From the NCBI GenBank assembly GCA_012295275.1, contig CM022677.1:21762001-21826000 (forward strand): a stretch of DNA of 64,000 nt, in the 5' to 3' direction. The position numbers and the translations under genes are program-made. How positions within the stretch are numbered: position 1 is the stretch's first letter; each line of letters begins with the position of its first letter. Under the pieces are notes generated by a model. That model saw nothing but the letters and a program-made list of their open reading frames with translations. It was not told the DNA's origin and did no database searches. Shown piece after piece: positions 13,414-26,335 of this stretch. This stretch comes from Chrysomallon squamiferum. Taxonomy: Eukaryota > Animalia > Mollusca.

Positions 13414-13705
13414 TTCATTTATTTATTTAATTATTTATTTATTTGTTATTCTTTTATATTTGTTTGGAAATTTATTGATTCGTTTACTTTTTTATTTAAT
13501 CACTTTTTATCTATTGTATTGTATTGTATTGCATTATTTAGTTAGTTAGTTAGTTATTACAAATACACTATTGCACATGATTATAAAAATCACACGCATT
13601 GAATGTTTTCGTTTCTGAATACAATTTAGTTTATTTGTGTCATCAGACTTCTTACTTCATTTTATTTAATTTTTAATTTTTTAATTTTTTTTTTTCAGAG
13701 GCGCT

Positions 13706-15370
13706 ATGAAATCTCTGCTGATTTTCTCTGTTTTCTGTTTGCTGGTTTCAACCTGGGCGCTAGGTGTGTATATCTTCTCTCAAACCTTGCTGTAAATATA
13801 ATTTATTCATTTATATCAATTAGTAGCAGCAGTAGTAGTTGTAGTAGCAGTATTAGTAATACCAGTGGTTGCTTTAGAACATAGGTTTTCAACCTGGGGG
13901 TCGCGAGATCGTTCCTGAGCGAGGAGGGTATGGTTTAGCTTTTCTCAGCTTGACTTGGAAGGAGGAATAATTAAAAACGTGTAGATAAGTTTTAGGACCC
14001 GTCATAGTGAATACAGATTCCCTTTGTACCGTCTTTGGTGATTGAAACTATGGTAACGCTAGATATTACTGAAGACAAATTCTTAAAGAGGGTCATCGGT
14101 CATTTTGAGTTGCTCACTGGGGGTCGCGGTATGAAAAAGGTTGAAAACCACTGGTTGTATAGTAGTAATAAGAAGAACAAGAATAACAGTAGTGGTAGTA
14201 GTAGCTGTAGCGGTAGCAGGAGTAACGTAGTAGTTGTAGTAGTAATAAGAAGAACAAGAATAACAGTAGTGGTAGTAGTAGTTGTAGCGGTAGCAGGAGT
14301 AACGTAGTAGTTGTAGCAGTAATAATAGTTCTAGTGGTAGTACTAGTAGTGGTAGTTGTAGTATTGATGGTAGAAGTAGTAGTAGTAGTGACGATAGTGG
14401 TAGTAGAAGCAACAGTAGTAGAAGTAGTAGTAGGTGTAGCAGTAGTAGCAGTAGTAGTAGTAGTTGTTGTTGTAGTAGTAGAACCGGTAGCAGTAATAAT
14501 TGTAATAGTAGTAGTAACAATAGTAGCAGTTGTAATAGTAGTAACAGTAGTAGTAGTAGTTGTAATAGTGACAGTAGCAGTAGTAGTAGCAGTAGTAATA
14601 GTACTAACAGTAGTAGTAGTAGTAGTTGTAATAGTGACAGTAGCAGTATTTGTATTGGAAGCTGCAGTAGTAACACTGGTTGTAGAGACAATAATTTTTG
14701 TTGTTATACAGTTAATGTGACTGTTTTTTATTGTTGTTGTTGTTGTTATTGGTGCTACTGCTGTTATTGTAGTTGCTGCTGTTGTTTTGTCATTGTTGTA
14801 CTTATAATTATTTTTGTTGTAGCTGTTGCTATTATTATTATTATTATTATTAATATTATTGTTATTATTATTGTCGTTCCTGTTGTTGTTGTTGTTGTTG
14901 CCATTGTTATTATTATTTTTTTTATTTGTATTTATTTATTTATTTATTTTTTTATTTTTATTTTTTTTTGTATAAACAACTGAAGACCTGAGACTAAGCC
15001 AAACTAGCGGCGAAGCCAAAGAAGGTCAATCCGTGACCTTGACCTGTGACGTCATCACTGGTTCTCTAGGCGGAAACCTCGATTTTAACCGGCCCGTGGA
15101 TAATAAAACGGTTGCTGTTTGTAACGTAACCAGTTGCAAACCTCAAATTACTGGCTACAGCGCAGTCACGAGAAGCCCAACATCATACAGCGTTACTATT
15201 AATAGTTTCAATCCCACCAACGACGCTGGACAGTGGAGCTGTTCATGCACTGGTGCCACAGCTACAACGACGGTGGGACTTGGTAAGTTTACTGATTTCA
15301 GCCGAAGTGCCAGACTTCACAGCCATTGTAGTAGTAGTAGTAGTAGTATTCACAACTATTATTATTATTG

Positions 15371-15443
<73 letters not shown>

Positions 15444-15562
15444 TTATTTCTTCTCGGTTATTATTTACATTTATTTTTTATCCCACAGCAAGCCGCACGC
15501 AGATCACGAGTGTTACATATCTGATCACCATGGCAACAGCGGCCATCTTCGCCGGTCTCTGA
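13706..15562 (+). CDS. Small single Ig-like domain protein with signal peptide and probable GPI signal, copy 2 (exons 13706-13763, 14986-15282, 15489-15562)
   Basis: MKSLLIFSVFCLLVSTWAL signal; 'EGQSVTLTC'...'NDAGQWSCSC'; tail ASRTQITSVTYLITMATAAIFAGL*; phase-1 junctions in frame; exon-2 acceptor is AAG. Confidence 0.85.
13880..14153. mobile_element. hAT-like MITE, paralog of 2794-3061
   Basis: Same TIRs and same insertion site as in copy 1. Confidence 0.7.
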
Positions 15563-16907
15563 TTGTCTTCAGTGCTGTGACGTAATAACATTTTCTGAAT
15601 GAAGACGTGACGTCAGATGTGATTTTATTAGTTGAAAAATAAAAAAACCTAACAAACCGCAGAACGTTTTTGTTTAATATTTCGATGTTTACAGTTTTAA
15701 TTGTATTTTATATAAATAATGGTTATTATGCGCGCGCGCCCTCGCACCCCCTCACACATCTACACGCATGCGCACATGGAGTGCGACTTCATCTCGCTGA
15801 ATACTTTTTCTGTGAAGTCTAACTAGACAAAGAATTTACATACACACGTACACACATACACACATACATACATACACACATACACACATACGTACATACA
15901 TACACACACATACATACATAAATACATACATACATACACACATACATACATACACACACATATATAAATACATACGTACATACATACATATACACACATA
16001 CATAAATACATACGTACACACATACACACATACATACATACACACATACACACATACGTACATACATACACACACATACATACATAAATACATACATACA
16101 TACACACATACATACATACACACACATATATAAATACATACGTACATACATACATATACACACATACATAAATACATACGTACACACATACACACATACA
16201 TACATACACACACATATATACATACATATACATACACACACATACAAACATACATAAATACATACACACACATACATACATACACACATACACATACATA
16301 CACACACATACACACATACATACACACATACATACAAAAAGACAGACACACAGATTAATAAATAAATAAAATAAATAAATAAATAAAATAAATAAATAAA
16401 TAAATAAATACATAAATAAATAATAATAACAACAGCAATAATAATAAAATTTCGTGCCCCTGTTATAATCACGTCTTTCCTCTTTTGTAAATAAAACTGA
16501 CACATCATAGCTGACAAGAGACACTCGTGTTTACACAAATTATTTATGAGTCCACCTCGATAGATCAGATTACAAATACACCTCTTTACTGACCTACTTC
16601 CTGGTGCAAGTCACTCAGATGCATAGGTGAGCAACGCTGTTTGTCTGTATAATCTAATACCTCTGTGTTCTACGATATTTATTCGATTTTTACAATTAAT
16701 CTCGTCATTTTTTCTTTTCTGCATTTGTTTTTTTTTTTTTTGTTTTTTTTTTTTACAGTTATTTATATAACACAATTATTTCTACATTTGTTTCAGTAAC
16801 TTTTTATTAGTCCAGTTATTTATTTTTTTATTTTTTTATTTATTTGTTTGTTTGTTTATTTATTTATTTATTTATTTGTTTGTTTATTTATTTATTTATT
16901 TTTCACT

Positions 16908-17041
16908 TCATACAGTCATACATCGTTTTCCACATCCGTAGTGACAACACTTTTTGCCGTTGTTGCAGTCAGCGTCGGTGTTGCATAGGTTGACGTCCAT
17001 CACGCATCTATAATAGTTTGGTACGTCTGGACATCTTCTCG
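16908..17041 (-). CDS. Alternative terminal WAP exon B of the perlwapin-like gene
   Basis: TTTCAG acceptor (17042-17043), phase 1, in frame with exon 19703-19765; RRCPDVPNYYRCVMDVNLCNTDADCNNGKKCCHYGCGKRCMTV*. Confidence 0.78.
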
Positions 17042-18259
17042 CTGAAATAACAACAACAACAACAACAACAACAACAATAACAACAACAACAATAGCAACA
17101 GTAATAATCATAATAATAACAAGAGGTTATAAGAGTAGAAGTTGTTGTTGCAGCAGTAATGGTAGTAATAGTGGACGATGTTGTTACAGCAGGAGTGGTA
17201 GTAATAGTGGACGTTGTTGTTGCAGCAGCAGTAGTAGTAATAGTAGAAGTTGTTGTTACAGCAGTAGTGGTAGTAATAGTGGACGTTGTTGTTACAGCAG
17301 TAGTGGTAGTAAGAGTAAAAGTTGTTGTTGCAGTAGTAGTGGTAGTAGCAGTGATAGTAATAGCAACTGTCGCTGTAGTAACAGTAGATAGAACAGACAG
17401 AAATAACGTCAGACAGAAATCAGAGAGAAATATGATGTCACAAACACTATGACAGTGTTCGTAACGTCAGAAGACAATAACTACGAAATTGATTAAAATT
17501 ATTGACAGTATGGACGCATGGATGAATGAATGGATGGACGGATAAGTTGAAATGAAGAAATGACTCGATATTTCTTCTTTTCTTTCTGTTTTTTCTTTCG
17601 TTCTCTCTTTACTTCTTCATTTATTTATTTTTTTCATATTTCTCGCTTTTGCGTGCTATCATCTTTCTTCTTTATTGTCATAGAAAACGGTTGATAGAGA
17701 GACGATGTAATGCAATGATGAGGTTAGTGTTATACTGCAGTTTTCTACTAAAGATGCTGCTGTCGACGTCGAGTAGTAGTAGTATTTATTGTTATTATTA
17801 TTATTACTGTTATTGTTGCTGTGTTCATGATATTGCTATAGTTTCGGTTTTCTTCTTCTTCTTCTTCTTATTATTATTATTACTACTACTACTACTACTA
17901 CTTTGTTATTACTTTGTTATTGTTATTGTTATTGTTGTTGTTGTTTTCATCTTCGTCGTACCGTTTTTCCTAAAGTGTACACCTTTTGCAAACAAACGTT
18001 TCATTTTTTCTTTTTCTTGGAAATTCTTTTCTACGTATATCATCCGTCTTTGTGTCTGTGCGTTTGTGTGTACATGTAGTCGTTAGTGAATGCATATGTA
18101 CGTATATATATATATATACACGGAAAACACGATACATTTGTTGTGTTTTACAAATCATTTATTTTGCGTGTACATTTAACTCATAGCGTCACGTGTACGG
18201 TATATTTCCATATTGCACGGTTGCCTGTGTACAACGTACTCGATTTGTCTGTATGATAA

Positions 18260-18485
18260 TTACACGTTGATACATCGTTTGCCGCAGCCGTAGTAACAGC
18301 ACCTCTGATTGGTCGAGCAGTCTGTGTCTGCTGAGCAGAGGTTGATGTCAACCAAGCACTTAGCTAACAGCACGTTTTTAGGACAGCTGCCCACTGTAAA
18401 CGTTAACAGTATATGAACGAGAGAAGAAGAACAAGAAGAAGAAGAAGAAGAAGAAGAAGAAGATGAAGAAGAAGAAGAAGATGAA

Positions 18486-18520
<35 letters not shown>

Positions 18521-18545
18521 AGAAGAAGAAGAAGAAGAAGATGAA

Positions 18546-18580
<35 letters not shown>

Positions 18581-18599
18581 TGATGAAGAAGAAGATGAA

Positions 18600-18634
<35 letters not shown>

Positions 18635-18770
18635 TGATGATGATGAAGAAGAAGAAGAAGAAGACGGTGAAGAGGAAGAAGAAGAAGAAGAAAAAGAAGA
18701 AGAAGAAGAAGAAGAAAGAAGAAGAAGAAGAAAGAAGAAGAAGAAGAAGAAAGAAGAAGAAGAAGAGGAA

Positions 18771-18803
<33 letters not shown>

Positions 18804-19028
18804 AGATGAGGTGACTGATGCCAATGGGTATAGACGTAGTACAGTGATAGAACTTCTAATAGCAACAGCAACAGCAGTGGTAGGAGAATTAGTAGAAGAC
18901 GTGGAAGTAGCAGTAGTGGTTGTAGTAGTAACAACAGCAGTGATTTATAGTTTAGTAGTAACTGTGTACAAAAAGTAGAAGAATCTTTATTGTTGCTGAT
19001 GGTGATGGAGTCTGGCTGTGTGTGTGTG

Positions 19029-19090
<62 letters not shown>

Positions 19091-21902
19091 TGTGAGTGTG
19101 TGAGTTTTTTTCTGTATAACTCTCAGTATGTCGGTCTGTCAATTTGTTTTTTACCATGCATCTATCTGACTATTCTATTTATCTATTTTATCTATCTGTC
19201 TATTCTATATGTCTATTCTATCCATCTGACTATTCTATCTGTCTGTCTATTCTATCTATCTGTTCTATCTGTCTATTCTATCTATCTGTCTGTTCTATCT
19301 GTCTGTCTATTCTATCTATCTGTTCTATCTGTCTATTCTATATATCTGTCTGTTCTACCTATCTGTCTGTTCTACCTGTCTGTCTGTTCTACCTGTCTAT
19401 CTGTTCTACCTGTCTGTCTGTTCTACCTGTCTGTCTATTCTATCTGTCTATTCTACCTGTCTGTCTGTTCTACCTGTCTATTCTACATATCTGTCTGTTC
19501 TATATATCTGTCTATTCTACCTGTCTGTCTTTTATATCTGTCTGTCTATTCTATCTGTCTATTCTACCTGTCTGTCTGTTCTACCTGTCTGTCTGTTCTA
19601 TCTATCTGTCTGTTCTACCTGTCTGTCTGTTCTACCTGTCTGTCTGTTCTACCTGTCTGTAACTCTGTTTCTAAGTGAGTGCTGAGTGGACAGTTCACTT
19701 ACTGCTGCGTTTCCGAACTATCCTCTTACACACCCGACCACACCCTTCTGGGCAGCACTTCTCACCTGAAACACGAAGACAACAGCGTAGTATGACGTAA
19801 TAGTGTGACGTCACTTAACACTCATAATACACACTCTAACGTAACATAATGATGATATCAAACGTAAAAATATATATTAATATATCTAACTTAACAATAA
19901 TGATGTCAAACATTATAATATAGCTTAACATTGAAATACTGTATAATGTAAAGTAATAATAATAATGATATAACTTAACAATGAGTACAGTGATATAACA
20001 TGACATTATCATTGATATGTAATACTATATGGTAGAAACGATATCTTAAAAGTAATCTATCTAATGATATAACTTAACATAATTATAGTGATATATTATA
20101 GCGTCATATAACACTGGTATATAATGTTATAATGTGTAATAACAACAGTAATTCTAACATTCGGAAGTATTGTAGAACATCGTATTAAGATGACGTCACA
20201 ATTTATGTTTTTAACTTTCTGCACGTGAAAATAATCACAAGTTATATTTAACTGATGATCACATTTTTCTAATTTATCTAATATTTACTAAGGGTACACA
20301 AAGTAATTTTGATACTGAAAACAAAATGATAGTATTTATCTAATATTTACTAAGGGTACACAAAGTAATTTTGATACTGAAAACAAAATGATAGTATTTA
20401 TCTAATATTTACTAAACGTACACTAAGTAATTTTGAAAATGATCATATAATGATAATGACACTAACTTTATGTATACTGAATATTTGTATAATGATAATA
20501 TAATTATGATAATAAATTATTCACTGTGTATTAACTGTTTTGAAAATGATAATATGATAATGATAATATGATAAAGATAATATGATAATGATAATGTGAT
20601 AATAAAACTATGATGATATGTTAATGATAATATAATATGATAATGATAATATGATAAAGATAATATGATAATGATAATATGATAATGATAATATGATAAT
20701 GATAATATGATAATGATAATGTGATAATGATAATAAATTACCCAGCGTGCATTCAGAGTCGCTCAGGCAGTTGACCCCAGGAATGAAGACACAAATTCCC
20801 GCCATACCACTGGAGGGCGGGCAGGTACCATAACGAGCGATAGTCCTCTTTGCATCTGACGACAAAACATCGTGACGTGTTTAAAATATCGTGACGTATG
20901 TAAAACAACGTGACGTGTTTAAAACATCGTGACGTATTTAAAACATCGTGACGCATTTAAAACATAGTGACGTATTTAAAACATCGTGACGTGTTTAAAA
21001 CATCGTGACGTGTTTAAAACATCGTGACGTGTTTAAAACATCGTGACGCATTTAAAACATAGTGACGCGTTTAAAACATCGTGACGCATTTAAAACATCG
21101 TGACGCATTTAAAACATCGTGACGTGTTTAAAACATCGTGACGCATTTAAAACATCGTGACGTATTTAAAACAACGTGACGTGTTTAAAACATCGTGACG
21201 CATTTAAAACGAAAATTAACGTTTTTGTATAAAATACTATATTTATAAATAAGACCTTACATTTTGTGACAGAAACATTACTCTGATAAATGATACATTA
21301 CATTTATACATGAAACATTATATTCGTCAATCGAACATTATATTCACGAATGGAACATTATACTTATAAATGAAACAGAATATTTATAAATGAAACATTA
21401 TATTTATGAATGAAACATTATATTCATGAATGAAACGTTATCTTCATGAATGAAATATTATATTCATGAATAGAACATTATATTCATAAATGAAACATAT
21501 TCATGAATAGAACATATTTATAAATGAAACATTATATTCATGAATGAAATATTATCTTCATGAATGAAACACTGCACTGATTCATAAACTTAAAATTTCC
21601 ATCAACCATCAAATTTGTAATAATGAATGAAACATTATCTTCATGAATGAAACATTATATTTGTTTAATGTCTGAATGGAACGTAAATCATTATATACAT
21701 GAATGAAACATTATCTTCGAATTACATTTATATACAAATTATACTGACTGATTCAAAACTTAAAATTTCCATCAACCATCATCGTACGTATTTCTCCTCC
21801 AAATGTCTGTACATTTATACACACAAAAACATTACATTTATGCCTACATATTACATGATCCTGACAAATAACTGTACATTTATATTAAAACATTACATTT
21901 AA

Positions 21903-21933
<31 letters not shown>

Positions 21934-22176
21934 AAGAAGAATGAAAAACGTTTCATTTTAATGTTCTGACACATATATATTTATTTACTGTATCTAATAT
22001 ATATAAAGTCTAAGGCAGAACTTAAAAAGGTAAAAGATGGTACTTACCTTCAACAAACGGGTGAGCTGAAAGTAAGAACGACATTTTATATATAATATAT
22101 ACATAAATAAGTAAGTCAGTAAACGAACAAACAAACAAATAAACAAATAAATAAATAAATAAAATAAAATAAAATA

Positions 22177-22207
<31 letters not shown>

Positions 22208-22266
22208 ATATTTAAATAAAATAAAAAATAATAAATAAATAAATTAATTTAAATAAATAAATAAAA

Positions 22267-22305
<39 letters not shown>

Positions 22306-22479
22306 AAATAAAATAAATAAATAAATAAGTAAAAAAAAAAAAAATAAATAAATAAATAAATAAAAATAAAATAAAATAAAATAAAATAAAATAAAATAAA
22401 ATAAAATAAATAGTTAAATAAATAAATAAATACCTGCGGTTATTACGACTAACACAAGGAGAGAGATACAGGTGTTCAT
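18260..22479 (-). CDS. Secreted two-WAP-domain (perlwapin-like) protein, 124 aa; exons 22479-22434, 22065-22048, 20855-20742, 19765-19703, 18393-18260
   Basis: MNTCISLLVLVVITAAHPFVEDAKRTIARYGTCPPSSGMAGICVFIPGVNCLSDSECTLGEKCCPEGCGRVCKRIVRKRSMGSCPKNVLLAKCLVDINLCSADTDCSTNQRCCYYGCGKRCINV*; all introns GT/AG, phase 1; two 8-Cys four-disulfide cores. Confidence 0.9.
19160..19660. repeat. Degenerate TCTA/TCTG compound repeat
   Basis: Repeats of ctgtctgttctac/ctatctatt; duplicate homology ends within this tract. Confidence 0.85.
20272..20435. repeat. 62-bp tandem repeat, ~2.5 copies
   Basis: atttatctaatatttactaagggtacacaaagtaattttg... at 20272, 20334, ~20396. Confidence 0.85.
20864..21210. repeat. 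19-bp minisatellite (AAAACATCGTGACGYRTTT), ~18 copies, abutting the WAP exon 3 acceptor
   Basis: Directly visible; starts ~7 nt from the acceptor at 20856-20857. Confidence 0.92.
21290..21720. repeat. Degenerate ~20-bp minisatellite (ATGAATGAAACATTATATTC)
   Basis: Directly visible tandem copies. Confidence 0.8.
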
Positions 22480-23038
22480 GACTGGAAATAACAGGTGAGA
22501 AAATGCAAAAGATAAGAAAAGTTTATCTTTTTATGTGTTAAACTTTGGCCTTTGTTTATCAAACACGTCACAAAAACGTGGGTGTCACGTACGTGATTAT
22601 TTATAGGTTTCGTCTGAAAGCGTGACGTGTATGACGTCATAATCACTAGCGCGTCGTTAAAGAGGAAACAACAAGTTCGTACACGACTTTGGATTAAGAA
22701 AAAAAAAAATTAAAATAAAATAAAAGCTCTTCAAATAGTTAACTGAACAAACAAGCAAAGAAGCAAGCCAACAAACAAACAAAGAACTGGAATAAACAAG
22801 TAAAGACGTAAGTAAATAAAAAAGCAAACACATAAACAAACAAACAAACAAACAAACAAATAAATAAATAAATAAATAATACATGAAATAAATATATATA
22901 TGATTATATGTGTGTGTACAACTCTACATACAAACATACTAATACATACATATATACATAGACATATTAATTTTATTTAAATTTATTTATTTATTTATTT
23001 GTGGGTTTGTTTGTTTAAATTTATTTGTTTATTTAAAT

Positions 23039-23070
<32 letters not shown>

Positions 23071-23410
23071 ATTTCTATGTCTATGTCTATATTTTATTTA
23101 TTTATTTATTTATTTATTTATCATTTATTGGGTGTGTCCTTATATACCAAAAATAAAAAATAAAAAAATATTTAAAAAAACCACCATAGTTAATTCTGTA
23201 TTTCATTAGGCTGTTGCATCAAACGCAGGACTTATTTTCTTTCTTCAAAGGAACGTCTAATAATTTTGATTTTATTTGTTTGTTGGGTTTGTTTTTTCAC
23301 TTACCTGCCTGACCCAGTGAAAATTATTTGTCATCTTTACACGCTAGACTGCTACATCCTGGTTAACATGTCATTATAAAAATAAAAATAAAAATAGAAC
23401 AAAAAAAAAA

Positions 23411-23442
<32 letters not shown>

Positions 23443-24157
23443 CAAAAGAAGAAAGAAGAAGAAAAAAGAAATTAGTCAATTATCGTTTTAAAACAAGAAG
23501 AAAGAAATTAGTCAATTAATTTAAAAAATAAAAAATAAATAAATAAATAAATAAATAAATTAGTTAATTGCTTCAAAATTTAAATAATATTTTTCGTCAC
23601 AATTTTGTTTCTGTTTATTTTCTCTAAACTATTCACGTGAAGACCGTCATTACTCGGTATTTCATCAACACAAGTTCGGCCATTTCCGTAACAGACGATA
23701 TCACGAAGAATTTAATGTGGCGTATTCGTTTGTTTCAAACCGTTCTGCAACCGAAAACTTAGATTAAAATGTTGGGACAAGTTCTGTGAATAAAATCAGC
23801 AAACTACAGTTCAAATTTCTATATATGTAGAAAAAAAAATGAAACAACATGTAAAAGAAAAAAGAAGAAAGATGATGATTCATCGAGTATCGATACAATT
23901 ATTTTACGTTTGTCTAAAACGGGTTTTGGTTTCTGTAATGATATAAAACATAAACACACTGTAACCGTTTTTCTATTCTGATAAACGTGAACCAGTTTCC
24001 TGCTGTTACTGATTTTGTGAGTTTTTTAACAGCAGTTTCTTTTTAATGGCTCTGTTGATTTTGTTTTAAATTAATAATTTGATGTCTTATTTTTCATCAG
24101 AAATATTAGTTTGTATTAAAATATATCTCCTCACTCTGTCGTATTTACTGAGGTCCG

Positions 24158-24192
<35 letters not shown>

Positions 24193-24730
24193 CTAGGAGC
24201 AACTTTATATGTGTGTGTGTTCATATGTATGTGTCTGTGTATCTATGGTTGTGTGCTTTTAATATTTTTATGTTTTTATTTTGTATTTGAATGTGTACAG
24301 TGTATATGACTGGGTGTGTTTTTAGTATGTATATTTTTGTGTGTATCTGTTTTTAATGTGTATATATGTATGTGTGAATGTTTATATATGTGTGTGTGAA
24401 GGTTTTTTTTTAAATGTTTGTCTGATTTAAACATATATAAAAAAACGTCAATTCATGTACAAATCATTTTAATACAAATTGTAAACACACATTTATTTCA
24501 GCACTGCTTAGTAACATTCTACAACCAAATTATTAATTTTATTTACCTAATAAAACATGGACATCTAGATCAAAGAAAACATAAAGAAAGATTTAATTTA
24601 AAGAAATTGTCATTCGCATGAGTAGAACTGAAAATAATATGACACCAAACAGAAAAATAAAATAAAAAAAAGACAATTTAATTAATAGAAATAATAATGA
24701 GAAGAAGAAAAAGAAGAATGGTAATAAATA

Positions 24731-24859
<129 letters not shown>

Positions 24860-24913
24860 GTAATGTATATAAAGAAATGGAAATATGATATATAATATTA
24901 TGAGAATGTTTTC

Positions 24914-24950
<37 letters not shown>

Positions 24951-24992
24951 AAAAAGCGTCATAATATATATATATGTGTGTCTGTGTGTATG

Positions 24993-25033
<41 letters not shown>

Positions 25034-26171
25034 TATGGAAAAGTCTCATAATATCATATGTCATATAAATATTGATAATTTGTACAGATCAACATTAGTC
25101 AAAGATCGACTTGACAAAATAGTAAAAAATAAATAATAATAATGTAAATTTAAAAAAACTCAACAAATAAATAAAAGAATACTAAATTATGATAAATAAA
25201 ATGTTAGGAGAGAAGTGTGCAGTTTCTGAAATCTCAGAAAAAATAATCATAACATATTTGTTTGATTTTGACTATATTTCAATATTTCTGACCAGTGCTG
25301 TATTTAGTTAAAATCTGTAACGGTTAGATTTTTGTCCGATTAGAAGAAATAAAGATTTATTTTTTTTTTTTTTTTTTCATATTTCATAATAAACCTAGAT
25401 TTAGTCATAATCCAAGATAAAACAGAACTGATCAGTTGTAAAATATGGATTTAGTGATAATCTGTAACAAAGGAAACATTTAGTTATAATCTAAGGTAAG
25501 AAATGGATTTTGAAAGAATGTAAATAAAAACAAAAAAATGGATTTACAAGATTCTAACAGAAAAATATATATATATTTTTTTTTACAGAGATTATTATTA
25601 TTATCATTATTAATTTTTTTATTTTTATTAATATTATTATTTTTATTAATATTATTATTTTTATTAATATTATTATTATTATTTATCATTTTTATTATTA
25701 TTTTTAATATTATTTTTTTTTATTATTATTATTATTAAAAAAATACTAATGATATACTGATAATGACAATAATGATATTTATCATCATAATAGTAAATAT
25801 AATAATAATAATAATAACAGAAATAATAATAATAATAACAGAAATAACAATGATAATAATAATAATAACAATAATAATAATAATAATAGTAATAAATAAA
25901 ATGTTGTTCAGTTATGAAATATAAATGTGATATGCCAGTTTCTGAAAATAGTGGGTGACTGGGTGAAGGTGATGGGTGAATGGGTGGGAAGTCAATCAAA
26001 ATGGGGGAAATGAAAAATTAGTCTGTGTGCACTTGTTCAGAATTCAAGAGACACAAGATAACAAATTCTGGAAAATATAAAAACAAAAATAATAATAATA
26101 AAAACTAGTATTCAAAATGTCTTACATATAGAACATGTTCAGTCAGTTTACAAAAATAATGGCAAATTATG

Positions 26172-26202
<31 letters not shown>

Positions 26203-26296
26203 TTTTTCATCATTCATTGTATATACTTGAACACAAAAGCTGATATAGAACACACATGTATATTAATAGATATAACACTATATAATATATACATAC

Positions 26297-26335
<39 letters not shown>

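Larger units (their letters stand above)
1040..19250. repeat. Tandem segmental duplication: copy 1 ~1040-12040, copy 2 ~12065-19250
   Basis: Collinear near-identical blocks: 1060-1175=12085-12200; 1640-1780=12740-12880; 2620=13706; 4069=14986; 5330-5570=16440-16680; 6005=16908; 7400-7870=17950-18420; 11270-11440=18815-18980. After ~12040 the sequence restarts at the homolog of ~1040. Confidence 0.92.

Noticed and set aside
6005-18393. A single multi-WAP polyprotein chaining all WAP exons
   Set aside because: Each of the four downstream exons ends in an in-frame stop, with no convincing donor before it.
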